A stretch of DNA of 64,000 nt from assembly GCA_963771045.1 (NCBI GenBank), contig CAVYRW010000004.1:320001-384000 (forward strand), written 5' to 3'. The first letter of the stretch is position 1, and each line of letters starts with the position of its first letter. The DNA is from Waddliaceae bacterium (GTDB taxonomy: Bacteria > Chlamydiota > Chlamydiia > Chlamydiales > SLFE01). Positions 1-11,306 of this stretch are shown one piece after another. The translations under genes were made by a program, and so were the position numbers. The notes under the pieces are model-generated. The model saw only the letters and a program-made list of their open reading frames with translations. It did not search any database and was not told where the DNA came from.

Positions 1-2
1 CT

Positions 3-1127
3 AAAGAGATGTGGAATTGGCAAATGGAGGATGGCAATTGGGCCCTGCTTCAAAAGACTTTTTCCGATCTGGGAATTCAGGAGAGCAGAACTCGAGAAGA
101 GCGGTTTGCCGCTTTGAATGACTTGAGCCGAAATGCACGGCAGAAAGTCGATAATTTTTCCAAAGAAATGCTTGTGAAAGAGAACCTTCAATGGGTGGAC
201 GAGTTTCTGGACGCGGCAAAACCTGAAATTGAGGTGATTGCCATTCGCATGGGCGGCAGTTTCTCGCCGCTTTCTGGAATTGAGAGCGGAGAAATATTAG
301 CCGCCCTTCTGGATAATGCCGCAAGCGGCGTTGATGTGCCCGAACTTCGGAAATACTCTGAAGACAGCCGCCATTACTACAAAATTCAACTGATCGAAGC
401 GGCTCCCCAAATGGATGTTTTGACCTTTTCAGAAATGAAAAATGACGGAACGCTCGATGAGAGTTTAAGAAAAACTCTCGAGAATCATTACGAAAAAATC
501 CGAGAAAATGATCCGGATAAATTCAAAAATCCAAGCGGAGAGTGGAAATCGTTTGCCGATGTCAGGGATTTGGCGGCTAAAGATTACTTTTCGGATGTTT
601 TGCTGGCGGTCAATAGCAATGTGGAGAGTTCGGATCCCTTGACAGTCGATGATGCTGCTCGCTATCGTTTCAAGGTGATCATGGAAAACTTGAAAGAAGC
701 TGTGGAAAAAGATCCGGTAAGCTCCGAGTGGATAGCAGGTGCCGGCAAAGGCCGCAGCGACGCTCTTCTCGCATTACGACCTCCGCTGATTGATCAATGG
801 AAAGTCGTGAAAACGGATTATAAACTTCGCCGCAGCGGCGACAATGAGGAAAAAATCGATCGCGAAAGCGTTTTTGCTCTTCAGCCGGGCCAGTGGTCGG
901 AGATTTATATGCCGCCTCAAGGCGACATTTCCTTTTTCCAGCTTGTAACTAAGGAAGTAGATACTGACCAGAAACTGATCATGGATGGTATAACCGAAGG
1001 ACAGCATCTGCTTTCCAATAGCGCAAAAAAATTGCTGCTTGAAAAAACTTTGAGCTTAATTGAAGAAAAACAACCGATTAAACTTGATTATTTAAATTCG
1101 ACTTATCAGCATGCAAAACTCGATTGA
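3..1127 (+). CDS. Conserved chlamydial hypothetical protein, 5'-truncated by the window (position suggests a CT283-like protein)
   Basis: Long ORF open to the window edge; lies upstream of the gcv genes, as in chlamydial gene order. Confidence 0.6.
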   Translation, partial: KEMWNWQMEDGNWALLQKTFSDLGIQESRTREERFAALNDLSRNARQKVDNFSKEMLVKENLQWVDEFLDAAKPEIEVIAIRMGGSFSPLSGIESGEILAALLDNAASGVDVPELRKYSEDSRHYYKIQLIEAAPQMDVLTFSEMKNDGTLDESLRKTLENHYEKIRENDPDKFKNPSGEWKSFADVRDLAAKDYFSDVLLAVNSNVESSDPLTVDDAARYRFKVIMENLKEAVEKDPVSSEWIAGAGKGRSDALLALRPPLIDQWKVVKTDYKLRRSGDNEEKIDRESVFALQPGQWSEIYMPPQGDISFFQLVTKEVDTDQKLIMDGITEGQHLLSNSAKKLLLEKTLSLIEEKQPIKLDYLNSTYQHAKLD

Positions 1128-1755
1128 GTCTCCGTTAAATTCTATCGACTTGCTGCCGGTGAATTATTTTCCTCTGGAATTCAATTGTCATTATTCCGGC
1201 AGCTCCAAACTGACGCAAAGCCATAAAGTTCCCCGAACCTCCGGCCTTTTATGCGAAGAGGAATTTGCGGAAGTATCACTCGGCTGGAATGAGGAGGGGG
1301 TTGCTGTTTTTGCGGCCGTGGGGCAGCCTCTGGAACAATCGGTTTATCCTGATCCTGAGTTCGGAGACAGCATTGAGATCTTTATCGACACTCGCGACAT
1401 CAAATCCGCCGGCTTCAATCATCGGTTTTGCCACCATTTTGTTTTCCTGACAGAGCCTGTAGAAGGAAGTCAAGCCATGGAAGCGACCCGCTTTAGAACA
1501 GAAGATGTTCACGAGCTTTGCGATCCTAAGGATTTGGAAGTGAAAACATCTTGCAAACGCTCTTCCTATAATATGTCAATTTGGATACCTGCGTCCTGCC
1601 TCCACGGTTTCGATACGAGGCAGTCCAAATGTCTTGGATTCACTTACCGGGTCAACCGCTCGGGAGGCGATGCCCAGCATTTTTCCCTTCACACAGCTGA
1701 ATATCAAATTGATCAAAATCCGGCGCTCTGGAGTACAATGAGGCTAGTGAAATGA
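1111..1755 (+). CDS. Hypothetical protein, CBM9/DOMON-like sugar-binding fold
   Basis: 214 aa; motifs WNEEG, GDSIEIFIDTRD, LGFTYRVN; overlaps both neighbours. Confidence 0.55.
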   Translation: MQNSIESPLNSIDLLPVNYFPLEFNCHYSGSSKLTQSHKVPRTSGLLCEEEFAEVSLGWNEEGVAVFAAVGQPLEQSVYPDPEFGDSIEIFIDTRDIKSAGFNHRFCHHFVFLTEPVEGSQAMEATRFRTEDVHELCDPKDLEVKTSCKRSSYNMSIWIPASCLHGFDTRQSKCLGFTYRVNRSGGDAQHFSLHTAEYQIDQNPALWSTMRLVK

Positions 1756-2819
1756 AAGAGACTGTACTTTATCCCAAACATAAAAAGCTCGGGGCTAAGA
1801 TGGCCGAATTTGCCGGCTTTGAGATGCCTATTCATTACAAGGGAATCATTTTGGAACATCTTGCCGTCAGAGAAAATGTCGGAATTTTTGATGTTTCCCA
1901 CATGGGACGGATCATTATCAAAGGACCCGGCGCAGAAGAGCTTCTCGACACTCTTTCGACAAACAAAATTGCGGGCAAAAAACCGGGGTCTGCCACTTAT
2001 ACTGTCTGGTGCCATCCTTATGGAGGATGCGTTGACGATCTGATAGTCTACCGTCTGGGCGCGGAGGAATTTTTTATCGTTGTCAACGCATCGAACAGAG
2101 AGAAAGACCTGGAGCATCTTAAACGGCATGCAGAATCTTATGAAGTGGAGATTGTTCCTTGTTACGAAACTGAAGGTATTGTCGCCATTCAAGGGCCCAA
2201 AGCTAGAGAGCTTGTTTCGGAAATATTTCCCGAAGCTTCGGAAATGAAGCCCATGAAAGTGCAAAGGGCCCCGTTTTCCGGGGAAACCGTCCTGCTTGCT
2301 TCCACAGGATACACCGGTTCGGCAGGATTTGAAGTATACGCTTCCAACCAGGCCATTGACGGTCTATGGGATCTTTGTCTGGAAAAAGGAAAACGTCATG
2401 GCATTGAACCGGCGGGACTTGGAGCTCGCGATACGCTTCGGCTGGAGATGGGATTTGCCCTTTACGGCCATGAGCTTGCCGATGACATATATCCTACAGA
2501 AACAGTATCGAGCTGGACGGTGAAATTGAACGGCCGAGACTTTGTGGGGAAAGAGGCTTTGCAAAAACTTCAAACGAAACGCCATCAATTTGGGGTGGTT
2601 GTCGAGAAAGGGGGAATTGCCCGCGAGGGATACGAAGTATTTTTCAAAGGAGAGCTCATCGGTAAAGTTACATCGGGAACATTTTCTCCTTCTCTTAGGC
2701 AGGCGATAGCCATTGTTTTGGCCGACCAAAAATTAGAGTTAGATGATAGAATTGAAATTCAGGTAAGGCAGCGCAAGCTTTATGCCCGCGTTATCAAAAT
2801 GCCTTTCTATAAACCATGA
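1752..2819 (+). CDS. gcvT: Glycine cleavage system aminomethyltransferase T
   Basis: FAGFEMP, GIFDVSHMG, GYTGSAGFE, GLGARDTLRLEMG motifs. Confidence 0.97.
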   Translation: MKETVLYPKHKKLGAKMAEFAGFEMPIHYKGIILEHLAVRENVGIFDVSHMGRIIIKGPGAEELLDTLSTNKIAGKKPGSATYTVWCHPYGGCVDDLIVYRLGAEEFFIVVNASNREKDLEHLKRHAESYEVEIVPCYETEGIVAIQGPKARELVSEIFPEASEMKPMKVQRAPFSGETVLLASTGYTGSAGFEVYASNQAIDGLWDLCLEKGKRHGIEPAGLGARDTLRLEMGFALYGHELADDIYPTETVSSWTVKLNGRDFVGKEALQKLQTKRHQFGVVVEKGGIAREGYEVFFKGELIGKVTSGTFSPSLRQAIAIVLADQKLELDDRIEIQVRQRKLYARVIKMPFYKP

Positions 2820-2828
2820 GGGGAATTT

Positions 2829-3194
2829 ATGAAATATACTCAATCGCATGAGTGGATTGATGTTCAGGGCGGCATCGGCACTGTCGGCGTGAGCGATTAT
2901 GCTCAGGAAGAACTCGGGGATGTCGTCTATGTTGAGCTTCCGACTGTCGGCAATACGGTCTCGGCCGGGAGAGGAAGTGGCCGTTCTCGAGTCGACAAAG
3001 GCCGCCGCAGACGTCTATTCGCCGGTGTCGGGAAAAATTGTAGAGGTCAATGACAAGCTGCAGGACGCCTCAGACCTTGTGAATTCCTCCCCCAGGATCA
3101 GGGATGGATTTTTAAACTAGAGCTTTCGAACGCAGAAGAACTTGAAAAATTGATGGATCAAGGGCAGTATAAGGCTCAGTTTCAGAAAGGATAA
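2829..3194 (+). CDS. gcvH: Glycine cleavage system H protein (two apparent frameshifts, near 2968 and 3090)
   Basis: [26 protein letters not shown], lipoyl motif [15 protein letters not shown], spread over three frames. Confidence 0.93.
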
Positions 3195-3200
3195 TCGTCA

Positions 3201-4544
3201 ATGGATTTTATCTCCAACAGCGAAACCCAGGTGCGGGAGATGCTTGCTGCCCTAGGTATTGAAAGTCATTGAAGATCTCTTTCAGGATGTTCCCAAATCC
3301 CTCTTGCTTAAAAAGCCGAAAGAAAGATGACGGCCTTTCCGAATATGAAGGCATTCAACGACTTGAAGAGATTGCAGGCGGCAATCGGTTTCCCAAGCTG
3401 GAAAACTACTTGGGAGCAGGGGCCTATGAACATCATGTGCCCGCCCTTGTTTCGGCAGTGACATCCAAATCGGAATTTTTAACCTCTTATACTCCTTATC
3501 AAGCAGAGGTGTCTCAAGGGATGCTGCAGGCCATATTCGAATTTCAGTCGGCCATCTCTGCTTTGACCGGAATGGATGTGTCCAATGCCTCGGTTTATGA
3601 CGGCGCCTCCGCTTGCGCCGAGGCGGCTCTGATGTGTCTTCGCCATAAAAAGGGAAGCTCGAAAATTTTACTTGCCGAAACGCTCCATCCCCACTACCGA
3701 GCTGTTATAAAACTTTATACCGAAGGGACGGGTGCCGAAATTGCTGCCATTGCCCATCTTGAAATGGCCGGCTTGATATCAAGGCCCTTCAAGAGCAGCT
3801 AGACGACACTGTTGCATGCGTGATTGTCCAATCGCCCAACTTTGTCGGTTCTGTTGAAGATGCCGCCTCCATTTCCATCAAAAATTCAAGCTAGCGGCTC
3901 TCTTTTTGTCCTGGCCGCCAATCCGCTTTCATACGGTTTATATGAAAATGCCGCGGCGCTAGGCGCCGATATTGCCGTTGGCGAGGTTCAGCCTTTTGGC
4001 CTTCCCCTTCAATTCGGCGGCCCTTATGCCGGTTATATTGCCTGCAAACAAGAACTCGTGAGACAGCTTCCGGGAAGGATTGCGGGAGAAACAGTCGATA
4101 CCGAAGGAAACCGAGGTTTTGTCTTGACCCTTCAGGCAAGAGAGCAGCATATCAGGCGGGATAAAGCGACTTCGAATATCTGCACCAACCAGGCGCTCGC
4201 TGCGCTTGCATGCCTTGTGGGTATGCTCTGGTATGGGAAGCAGGGAGTGAAAGAGGCGGCGCTGACAAACTTCCAGCGGGCTTCCTATTTAAGATCGAAA
4301 CTTAGGCAAATCCCAGGAGTCAAAGTACTTGAGGCTCCTATCTTTAATGAGTTTGCGGTTCACTTCGGGACTTCTTTTGACCATGTTTGGGATCATTTTG
4401 AAAAAGCGGGTATCGCTTGCGGGCGTCGATCTGGGAAGGTATTATCCCCGATTCAAAGATTACTGCCTTGTCGCCGTAACGGAAACGAAAAGCAAAGCCC
4501 AGCTTGACCGCTACATCGAAATTGGAAGAGAGGTTATCCGGTGA
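3201..4544 (+). CDS. gcvPA: Glycine dehydrogenase subunit 1 (several apparent frameshifts)
   Basis: MDFISNSE start; YLGAGAYEH, FLTSYTPYQAEVSQG, NASVYDGASA, LQAREQHIRRDKATSNICTNQAL. Confidence 0.93.
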
Positions 4545-5977
4545 CAAAAACCATTTTCGAAAAATCCCAGCAAGGACAAAAAGCGTTCAGCCTTCCCGCC
4601 AGTGATCCGGCTTTTGAAGAATTTCAACCGGATCCCGGCCTCAAAAGAAAATCGGAAGTTCCGCTCCCCGAAATTTCCGAGATCGATCTGACGCGGCATT
4701 TTTCCGACCTAGCTTCCCGCAATGTAGGAATCGACAACATTTTTTATCCTCTCGGCAGCTGCACAATGAAGCTCAATCCCCGCGTCAATGAACAGGCGGC
4801 AGCTCTTACCGGATTTACCAGGACGCATCCTTTGGCTCCTGCACATACCGTTCAGGGAAACTTATATGTGATTGATGAACTCGTCAAGCTCCTTTGCGAA
4901 ATTTGCGGAATGACTGCCGGAACCGTCGCTTCCAATGCGGGAGCTCAGGGAGAATTTGTCGGCATTAAAATGATTGCCGCCTATCATAAAGAGCGAGGCG
5001 ATGCCAACCGGACGGAAATCCTGATTCCCGACGATGCCCACGGAACCAACCCCGCAACTGCCAGAATGGCCGGTTTTAAAGCTGTTCCCATCGATACCGA
5101 TCCCAATGGCGATTTGTCGCTGACCCATCTAAAGGAAGCTGGTTTCGGAAAAAACCGCCGGACTCATGCTCACTAATCCGAATACTTTGGGAATTTTCAG
5201 TCCGAAAATTTTGGAAATTTCCAAAATCATCCATGAAAGCGGCGGGCTTTTGTTTTACGACGGGGCCAACCTCAATGCCATACTCAACGTTTGCCGTCCC
5301 GGCGATATGGGCTTTGATGTCATGCACATCAATTTGCACAAGACATTTTCGACACCGCATGGAGGAGGAGGGCCCGGATCAGGTCCTGTCCTTTGCAATG
5401 ATAAACTTAAAAAATACCTTCCCGTTCCCCGCGTAAAAGAAAATAATCAGTACAGCATTGTTTGGAACGATCGTGAAAGCATCGGACATATTTCCTCATT
5501 TCATGGAAATTTTGCCATTTACCTCCGCGCTTATCTCTATATTTTGCTTCACGGACACTATGGCCTAAGAAGAATTGCCGAAAACGCCGTACTCAATGCC
5601 AATTATTTGAAAAAGAAACTCGAAGGACTCTTCACGATTCCTTATCCCCGATTTTGCATGCATGAGTTTGTGCTGCAGGCCGACAACTATCTCAGCCAAG
5701 GTGTGAGAGCGCTCGACATCGCCAAGCGCATGCTTGACTACCATGTGCATGCGCCCACCATTTATTTTCCCCTTATCATCAAAGAATGCATGCTGATAGA
5801 ACCGACTGAAAGCGAATCGAGGGCAACACTGGATAATTTATCCGGATCATGGAAAAAATTGTGGACGAAATCAAACACGATCCCGATCTTGTGAAAGGGG
5901 CCCCCTACTCACGTCCGGTGACACGCCTGGACGAGGTGCGCGCCGCCAAAGAGCCCATTCTGAAGGCAGAATTATGA
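4541..5977 (+). CDS. gcvPB: Glycine dehydrogenase subunit 2 (apparent frameshifts near 5135 and 5840)
   Basis: YPLGSCTMKLNP, AHGTNPATA, NLHKTFSTPHGGGGPG, IEPTESES; C-terminus RLDEVRAAKEPIL. Confidence 0.93.
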
Positions 5978-6936
5978 AATTCACGAGTATCGTTCTTATT
6001 TTTTTTGCCATGTGCGTTCACCTTTGGTCCGAACCAACCCTTCTTTCAGTAAAAAAGATTTGGGATCAAGCTCCGCATAACGCCTTCACCGACCTGATTG
6101 ATTACAAAGGGAAGTGGTATTGCGTTTTTCGAGAAGGGGAGGCTCATGCGGGAAAAAGCTTTGGAAAGATCCGCCTTCTGGCCAGTTCCGATGGAGAGAC
6201 CTGGGAATCTGTGCACCTATTTCAACAAGAGGGCGTCGATTTGCGCGATCCCAAGTTGTCGATTACCCCAAAAGACCAATTGATGCTTCTTTTAGGCGGC
6301 ACCATGTTTGACCAGAATAAGATCACTCGAAACTCTCAGGCTGCCTTTTCATCCGACGGCAAAAACTGGACCCCTTTTACCACAGTCCTTCCCGAAAATG
6401 AGTGGCTGTGGCGCGTTACCTGGCATGAGGGAAAAGCTTATGGGGTCTCTTACCGCGTGGAAAAGGAGTCGTGGCCTGCCTCGCTTTTCGTTAGCAGCAA
6501 CGGAGTTGACTACGAAAAGATCAAAGAATTCAATATTCAGGGAAAACCGAGCGAAACTACTTTGAGGTTCACAAAAGCCGGTGAGATGATAGCCCTCATG
6601 CGCCGAGGATCCGCGGCTTTGATTGGCCGGAGCTTTCCTCCCTATACCGAATGGTCTTGGAACGATACAAAAATCATGTTTGGCGGCCCCGATTTTTTAA
6701 TCTTGCCGAGCGGCGCTATGTGGGCTGCTGGCAGGATTATCGAGCATGACAAACAAGAAAAAACGGCTCTTGCGAAAATGGATTTGCACTCGCTGACTGC
6801 GGTTTTGGAATTGCCGAGCGGCGGCGATGATACGGGCTATCCGGGGATGGTCTATAAGGACGGAATTTTGTGGATCAGCTATTATTCCTCTCATGAAAGC
6901 AAGTCAGGCATATACTTAGTAAAAATTCGTCTGTGA
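5974..6936 (+). CDS. Secreted BNR-repeat (exo-alpha-sialidase-like) beta-propeller protein
   Basis: Signal peptide; HNAFTDL, Asp-boxes SSDGETW, SSDGKNW and SSNGVDY; DLRDPKL; DTGYPG. Confidence 0.75.
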   Translation: MKFTSIVLIFFAMCVHLWSEPTLLSVKKIWDQAPHNAFTDLIDYKGKWYCVFREGEAHAGKSFGKIRLLASSDGETWESVHLFQQEGVDLRDPKLSITPKDQLMLLLGGTMFDQNKITRNSQAAFSSDGKNWTPFTTVLPENEWLWRVTWHEGKAYGVSYRVEKESWPASLFVSSNGVDYEKIKEFNIQGKPSETTLRFTKAGEMIALMRRGSAALIGRSFPPYTEWSWNDTKIMFGGPDFLILPSGAMWAAGRIIEHDKQEKTALAKMDLHSLTAVLELPSGGDDTGYPGMVYKDGILWISYYSSHESKSGIYLVKIRL

Positions 6937-6975
6937 GCCGATCTGAAGTTTAATTTTTTATGCAAAAGGTTTGAT

Positions 6976-7041
6976 AAAAACCGTGCCCGTGCCCGATTAC
7001 AAACTAACTACTGGGAAAGTTTGATCAGCATAGACGCAATC
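6976..7041 (-). repeat. Remnant 3' end of the four-helix-bundle cassette (copy of about 55570-55625)
   Basis: Reverse complement reads ATTGCGTCTATGCTGATCAAACTTTCCCAGTAGTTAGTTTGTAATCGGGCACGGGCACGG, closely matching 55570-55621. Confidence 0.9.
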
Positions 7042-7058
7042 ACGGGTCAAAGGATTGG

Positions 7059-7352
7059 TTGCCAATCTTAAGTCTACTCAAGAAATACGGTGCTGATTTA
7101 AATGCAAAGAATAAGGAAGGTCGTGCACCGCTGCATTTTGCTGCAGCTGGAAAACCACAAACAACAAAGCTCCTGATAGAATATGGCGCCGAGGTTAATG
7201 CTCAAGATGAAAATGGGTTGTGTTCTTTGGATTTTACAGGAGAGAAACTCATCGCTGGAGATTCATATTACCAAGCACGAAAGGCGCTTATCTTGGCAGG
7301 TGGAAAATATGGCTCCATGATAGCCAAGGATGGAGGAATTGAGGAAGGATGA
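7059..7352 (+). pseudogene. N-terminally truncated ankyrin-repeat protein
   Basis: GADLNAKNKEGRAPLHFAA and GAEVNAQDENG repeats; 5' part replaced by the cassette remnant. Confidence 0.75.
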
Positions 7353-7361
7353 TATTAAACT

Positions 7362-8069
7362 CTATTTCTTTTCCTCGTCCTGCTGGATGACTTTTTTTGT
7401 GGGCTCGACTTTTCCAGTGGGGTTGGCAAGTTTGATGCCGGTAAAGCCCAGGAAGGCAAGAGACATCAGGCCTGACATGACAAATGTGATTCCCATCCCT
7501 TTTAAGTTTGGAATGACTTTAGAGACGCGCAGTCTTTCACGGATCGAGGCGATGAGAGCGATTGCCAGCCACCAACCGAGCCCCGAGGCGAAAACATAGA
7601 CGACATTGGGAATGAAGGGGTACTCTCTTGTGACGGCAAAGAGGCACGCGCCCAAAATAGCGCAATTGACAGTAATCAAGGGAAGGTAGATTCCCAAGGA
7701 CATATAGAGCGCAGGAGCGAACTTCTCGATGACAATCTCAAGGACCTGGACAAAACCGGCAATGACGGAAATAAAAATCAGAAACTGAAGAAAGTTTAAG
7801 TTGATGCCGGAGGCGTTTATGCCAAGGTAGCCGAGCCAGGAAAGAGCATTGGGGCCGGTGATGAAAGCGTTGACCAGCCAGTTGAGCGTTCCGGCAACAG
7901 TTAGGACAAAAACAACGGCTATTCCGAGGCCGTTTGCGGTTTTTAATTTCGCCGAACAGGCGAGATAAGTGCACATGCCAAGAAAGTTGGCGAGGATAAA
8001 GTTCTCAATAAAGACTGCCTGAATCAACAGGCCAAGTAAGTTGAGCGGCTCGTAGGGACCCATTAACAT
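7362..8069 (-). CDS. nqrE: Na+-translocating NADH:quinone reductase subunit E
   Basis: FLGMCTYLA, LGIYLPLITVNCAILG, GITFVMSGLMSLAF. Confidence 0.95.
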   Translation of the reverse strand: MLMGPYEPLNLLGLLIQAVFIENFILANFLGMCTYLACSAKLKTANGLGIAVVFVLTVAGTLNWLVNAFITGPNALSWLGYLGINASGINLNFLQFLIFISVIAGFVQVLEIVIEKFAPALYMSLGIYLPLITVNCAILGACLFAVTREYPFIPNVVYVFASGLGWWLAIALIASIRERLRVSKVIPNLKGMGITFVMSGLMSLAFLGFTGIKLANPTGKVEPTKKVIQQDEEKK

Positions 8070-8073
8070 GAGA

Positions 8074-8709
8074 TCATTCCTCCTTTTCAACAGTTGCGTT
8101 AGAGATCCATATCAGTCCGCCGATAATGAAAAATGCCGCCGGAGGACTCACCATAAGTCCAAAATTTTCGTAGGCGTTCGGCTGGGCAGCGGAGGCATAC
8201 CAGCTCTCAGGAATAACCTGAATGTTAAACAGTTGTCCGAAGCCCAAAAATTCACGGATGGCACCGACGATCATCAGAACCATAGCATACCCGAGGCCAG
8301 CGCCCATGCCGTCTAGAAAGGCGGGCCAGGGGGTGACGTTTTTTGCCATCCCTTCCGCTCTTCCCATAACGAGGCAGTTCGTGATGATCAGGCCGACAAA
8401 AACGGTCATGACTTTCCAAATTGCAAAGTAATAGGCCTGCAAAAACTGGTCGATGATAATGACGAAGACTGAAATGATCGCAAGCTGAGTGATCATCCTG
8501 ACGCTCGGAGGGGTGTAATGTCTAAGAAGGGAGACGAAGAAGCAGGAACAGGAAGTGACAAATGTGACCGAAAGCCCCATAGTCAGAGCGACAGACAGCC
8601 TGTTTGTGATGGCAAGGGCCGAGCAGATGCCTAAAACAGCCACAAGGATTTGGTTGCTGCTCCAAATTTGATCCGTCAGGTAGTGAAAATTTCCTTTCTG
8701 CGCCATCAT
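8074..8709 (-). CDS. nqrD: Na+-NQR subunit D
   Basis: [31 protein letters not shown]. Confidence 0.95.
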   Translation of the reverse strand: MMAQKGNFHYLTDQIWSSNQILVAVLGICSALAITNRLSVALTMGLSVTFVTSCSCFFVSLLRHYTPPSVRMITQLAIISVFVIIIDQFLQAYYFAIWKVMTVFVGLIITNCLVMGRAEGMAKNVTPWPAFLDGMGAGLGYAMVLMIVGAIREFLGFGQLFNIQVIPESWYASAAQPNAYENFGLMVSPPAAFFIIGGLIWISNATVEKEE

Positions 8710-9605
8710 TTCCCCTCATTTTGTTGATGAAGTTTAATAAAAAACGGGCGATAGGGAGCAAGTGAATCGTGATAGGCTTTTGTGACTCCCGTTCCTGTCA
8801 GCGTGGCTCCCGGTATGCCGTCGACTGCAGTTTTGGCTTTGGGTTTATCTCCAATGACGTTTTTAACTTCTCCTTTGACAACCGTGAGGCCCAAAGGAGC
8901 GGTTTTAAAATCGGTTTTTCCATCGGGATTGGGTAAAAATATGTCCTTGCCGTGGAACTGGGCCTGCCATTTAGGCTCGGATATGACAGCTCCCAGCCCG
9001 GGGGTTTCTTTTTGATCATACCAGGCGGTGCCGATCACAGTATCGCCGTTTGCGTCAATGGCCAAAAAGGCGTAGATAGCGTCCCAAAGTCCGTAACCGT
9101 TTACCGGAATGACATAGTTGATCGGTTTTTCGTCTTTCTCTTTTTCTTCGGATGGGTTGGGAAGGACTTCGTAGACCAGCATCAGAGGAAGGGTATAATA
9201 GCCCCGTTTTCTGTTGTTGTTGATATATTCCCTTTCGTTTATGTCGGCTTTTTTGAATGTCAAAAGATTGCCTTGATGATCGACGAGCATGGGGCGAATA
9301 CGCTTTTGATAAACTTCAAAAAGCTCGTCTCTGTCGGGATATTGTCCATTTTCCGCAGGGACAAGTCGAGCGCCTTTTTCAAGTTTGGCAGGGACATATT
9401 GATTCCCTTTTTTGACTTGGAAATATCCTGAAGGATTCACAATTCTTGCGGCGATCATCATCTGCTTGCTTCTGTCTAGTTCCTGGGCAATTTCCTGGGG
9501 TTTTCTCAATGCGCTGGCAAGTATTGCAAGGATAAGCGCGCAGACAAAGCTTAGGATGACGATAAAGATGATCACGCGGGAGTTGCTTGGGGGGGTAATG
9601 CTCAT
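8706..9605 (-). CDS. nqrC: Na+-NQR subunit C
   Basis: GYGLWD, ETPGLGA, FMN-attachment motif [10 protein letters not shown]. Confidence 0.95.
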   Translation of the reverse strand: MSITPPSNSRVIIFIVILSFVCALILAILASALRKPQEIAQELDRSKQMMIAARIVNPSGYFQVKKGNQYVPAKLEKGARLVPAENGQYPDRDELFEVYQKRIRPMLVDHQGNLLTFKKADINEREYINNNRKRGYYTLPLMLVYEVLPNPSEEKEKDEKPINYVIPVNGYGLWDAIYAFLAIDANGDTVIGTAWYDQKETPGLGAVISEPKWQAQFHGKDIFLPNPDGKTDFKTAPLGLTVVKGEVKNVIGDKPKAKTAVDGIPGATLTGTGVTKAYHDSLAPYRPFFIKLHQQNEGK

Positions 9606-9758
9606 CTCTCACACCTTCCCGTGAAAATTACACAATCTGTTTGCCGATTTTGCATAAAACTCTCGTCGGTCTAGTTTCGCAACTATATCACTCCTCGATT
9701 TTTTGCAAATTCGACAAGCACCTTGCTTGAGCTTCATAAGTAGGTGTGAGAAATGTGC
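9600..9758. repeat. Inverted-repeat-bounded intergenic element between nqrB and nqrC
   Basis: GCTCATCTCTCACACCT ... AGGTGTGAGAAATGTGC (15/17 inverted match); internal 21-mer 9642-9662 recurs inverted at 42518-42538. Confidence 0.7.
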
Positions 9759-9759
9759 G

Positions 9760-11289
9760 TTAAGCGGCTGCTTTGACATGGCGGCGTTTCCTCCTATAGT
9801 TAAGGACAACGTAATAATCAATCAGCGAGGCAAAGACATTGCCGGTAAGGATTGCGAGCATGACCCCTTCGGGAAATGCTGGATTAATATAGCGTATGAC
9901 GATCGTGATGATGCCGATAAGGATTCCATAAATCCACCTGGAAACAGGTCTGTCGGGAGAGGAGACCGGATCTGTCGCCATGTAGACAAGGCCGAAGGCA
10001 AGACCTCCTAAAATAAGCATTTTATAGGCGGGAAAACCGAACTGCGCGGCTGTCCAGGCGCCGCCGCCTGGGGCTAAAAGCTGAGATCCCCACTCGAACA
10101 GACTGGCCGTGCCGAAGGCGCCGATGGCATAAGCTGCCATCGTTTTCCAGGATCCGACCCCGAAGAAAATGATCAGAAGGGCGCCGATAATGCAGGCAAG
10201 AGTGCTGGTTTCTCCCATAGATCCCAGTTTATTTCCTAAAAAGAAAAGCCAGTTTCCATTCGTTTCTCCGAGGCCGTATTGAAGGGCGGAGAAATGATAG
10301 GCGTCGTAATAATCTCCGACTGAAAGTCCCAGACCTCCCTCACTGGTCGGAGAGGTGACAAACGACTGCATCTGGCCCGATGTCAATTGTCCCAATTTTG
10401 CCTCGCCTGCACCGTTCCATTTGGCGAAGTATTCCTTGATCAAATCGAAATGGCGGACATTGTCTCCAAGATTGTTTGTCGCAATAGCGTCGACGTGGAT
10501 CTGCTTGATTTCGGCAGAGACATTGAAATTGTTCAATTTACTAGCCTGGGTATAGCCATCAATAGCCGGGCGCCCCGATTCGGCATTCATTTTGACGAGG
10601 CTTTCTCTAACGACAACGGGATTTCTTCCTACCCAAACTTCTCCGGACATCCTTGTCGGATAGGCGAAGAAAAGAAACGCGCGGCAGCAGAGGGCGGGAT
10701 TCATGATATTCATTCCTGTTCCTCCAAACAATTCCTTGCTGAGGACAACGCCGACAACAACGCCGACAGCAACCATCCAGAGAGGAATCGTAGGGGGAAG
10801 GACAAGAGGAAACAGCATCCCGGTAACCAGAAATCCTTCCGCTACATCGTGGCCGCGGACAACGGCAAAGATCATTTCGGCAATGCCTCCAAAAAGATAC
10901 GAGACCAAAACGACTGGAAGGAAGGCAAGGCACCCTTCTTTTAAAATGGTCATCCACCTGTTGTCTTGAGCGGCGAATGCAAAATAATCGCTCAGCGAAC
11001 CTAGCGAGGCCAGGTATTCATCCATGAGGCGGTAGTTTCCGCTTGAATAGACAAAGCTTTGCAGTCCTGTATTCCAGACAGCCATAATGATTGCAGGCAC
11101 CATAGCGAAGACAACAAGCATCATCCACCGTTTTAAATCAGTAGCGTCGCGGATGTGGGGGGCGGTTTTTGTATTTTCCGGCGCTTCGTAGAGGAAAGTA
11201 TCGATTGCGGCAAATGCGGGGCGGAGTTTTTTGAAAATTTTATTCTTTTCCGTTAGAGACATCTGGTAGTCAAGTATCTTTCTGAGCAT
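9760..11289 (-). CDS. nqrB: Na+-NQR subunit B
   Basis: PHIRDATDLKRWM, KELFGGTGMNIMNPAL, GSMGETSTLAC, MATDPVS. Confidence 0.96.
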   Translation of the reverse strand: MLRKILDYQMSLTEKNKIFKKLRPAFAAIDTFLYEAPENTKTAPHIRDATDLKRWMMLVVFAMVPAIIMAVWNTGLQSFVYSSGNYRLMDEYLASLGSLSDYFAFAAQDNRWMTILKEGCLAFLPVVLVSYLFGGIAEMIFAVVRGHDVAEGFLVTGMLFPLVLPPTIPLWMVAVGVVVGVVLSKELFGGTGMNIMNPALCCRAFLFFAYPTRMSGEVWVGRNPVVVRESLVKMNAESGRPAIDGYTQASKLNNFNVSAEIKQIHVDAIATNNLGDNVRHFDLIKEYFAKWNGAGEAKLGQLTSGQMQSFVTSPTSEGGLGLSVGDYYDAYHFSALQYGLGETNGNWLFFLGNKLGSMGETSTLACIIGALLIIFFGVGSWKTMAAYAIGAFGTASLFEWGSQLLAPGGGAWTAAQFGFPAYKMLILGGLAFGLVYMATDPVSSPDRPVSRWIYGILIGIITIVIRYINPAFPEGVMLAILTGNVFASLIDYYVVLNYRRKRRHVKAAA

Positions 11290-11306
11290 AGCTTACTTCC
11301 TATTCT

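Noticed and set aside
2829..5977. Programmed frameshifting in the gcv genes
   Set aside because: Too many sites, in both directions, with no common slippery motif; sequencing error is simpler
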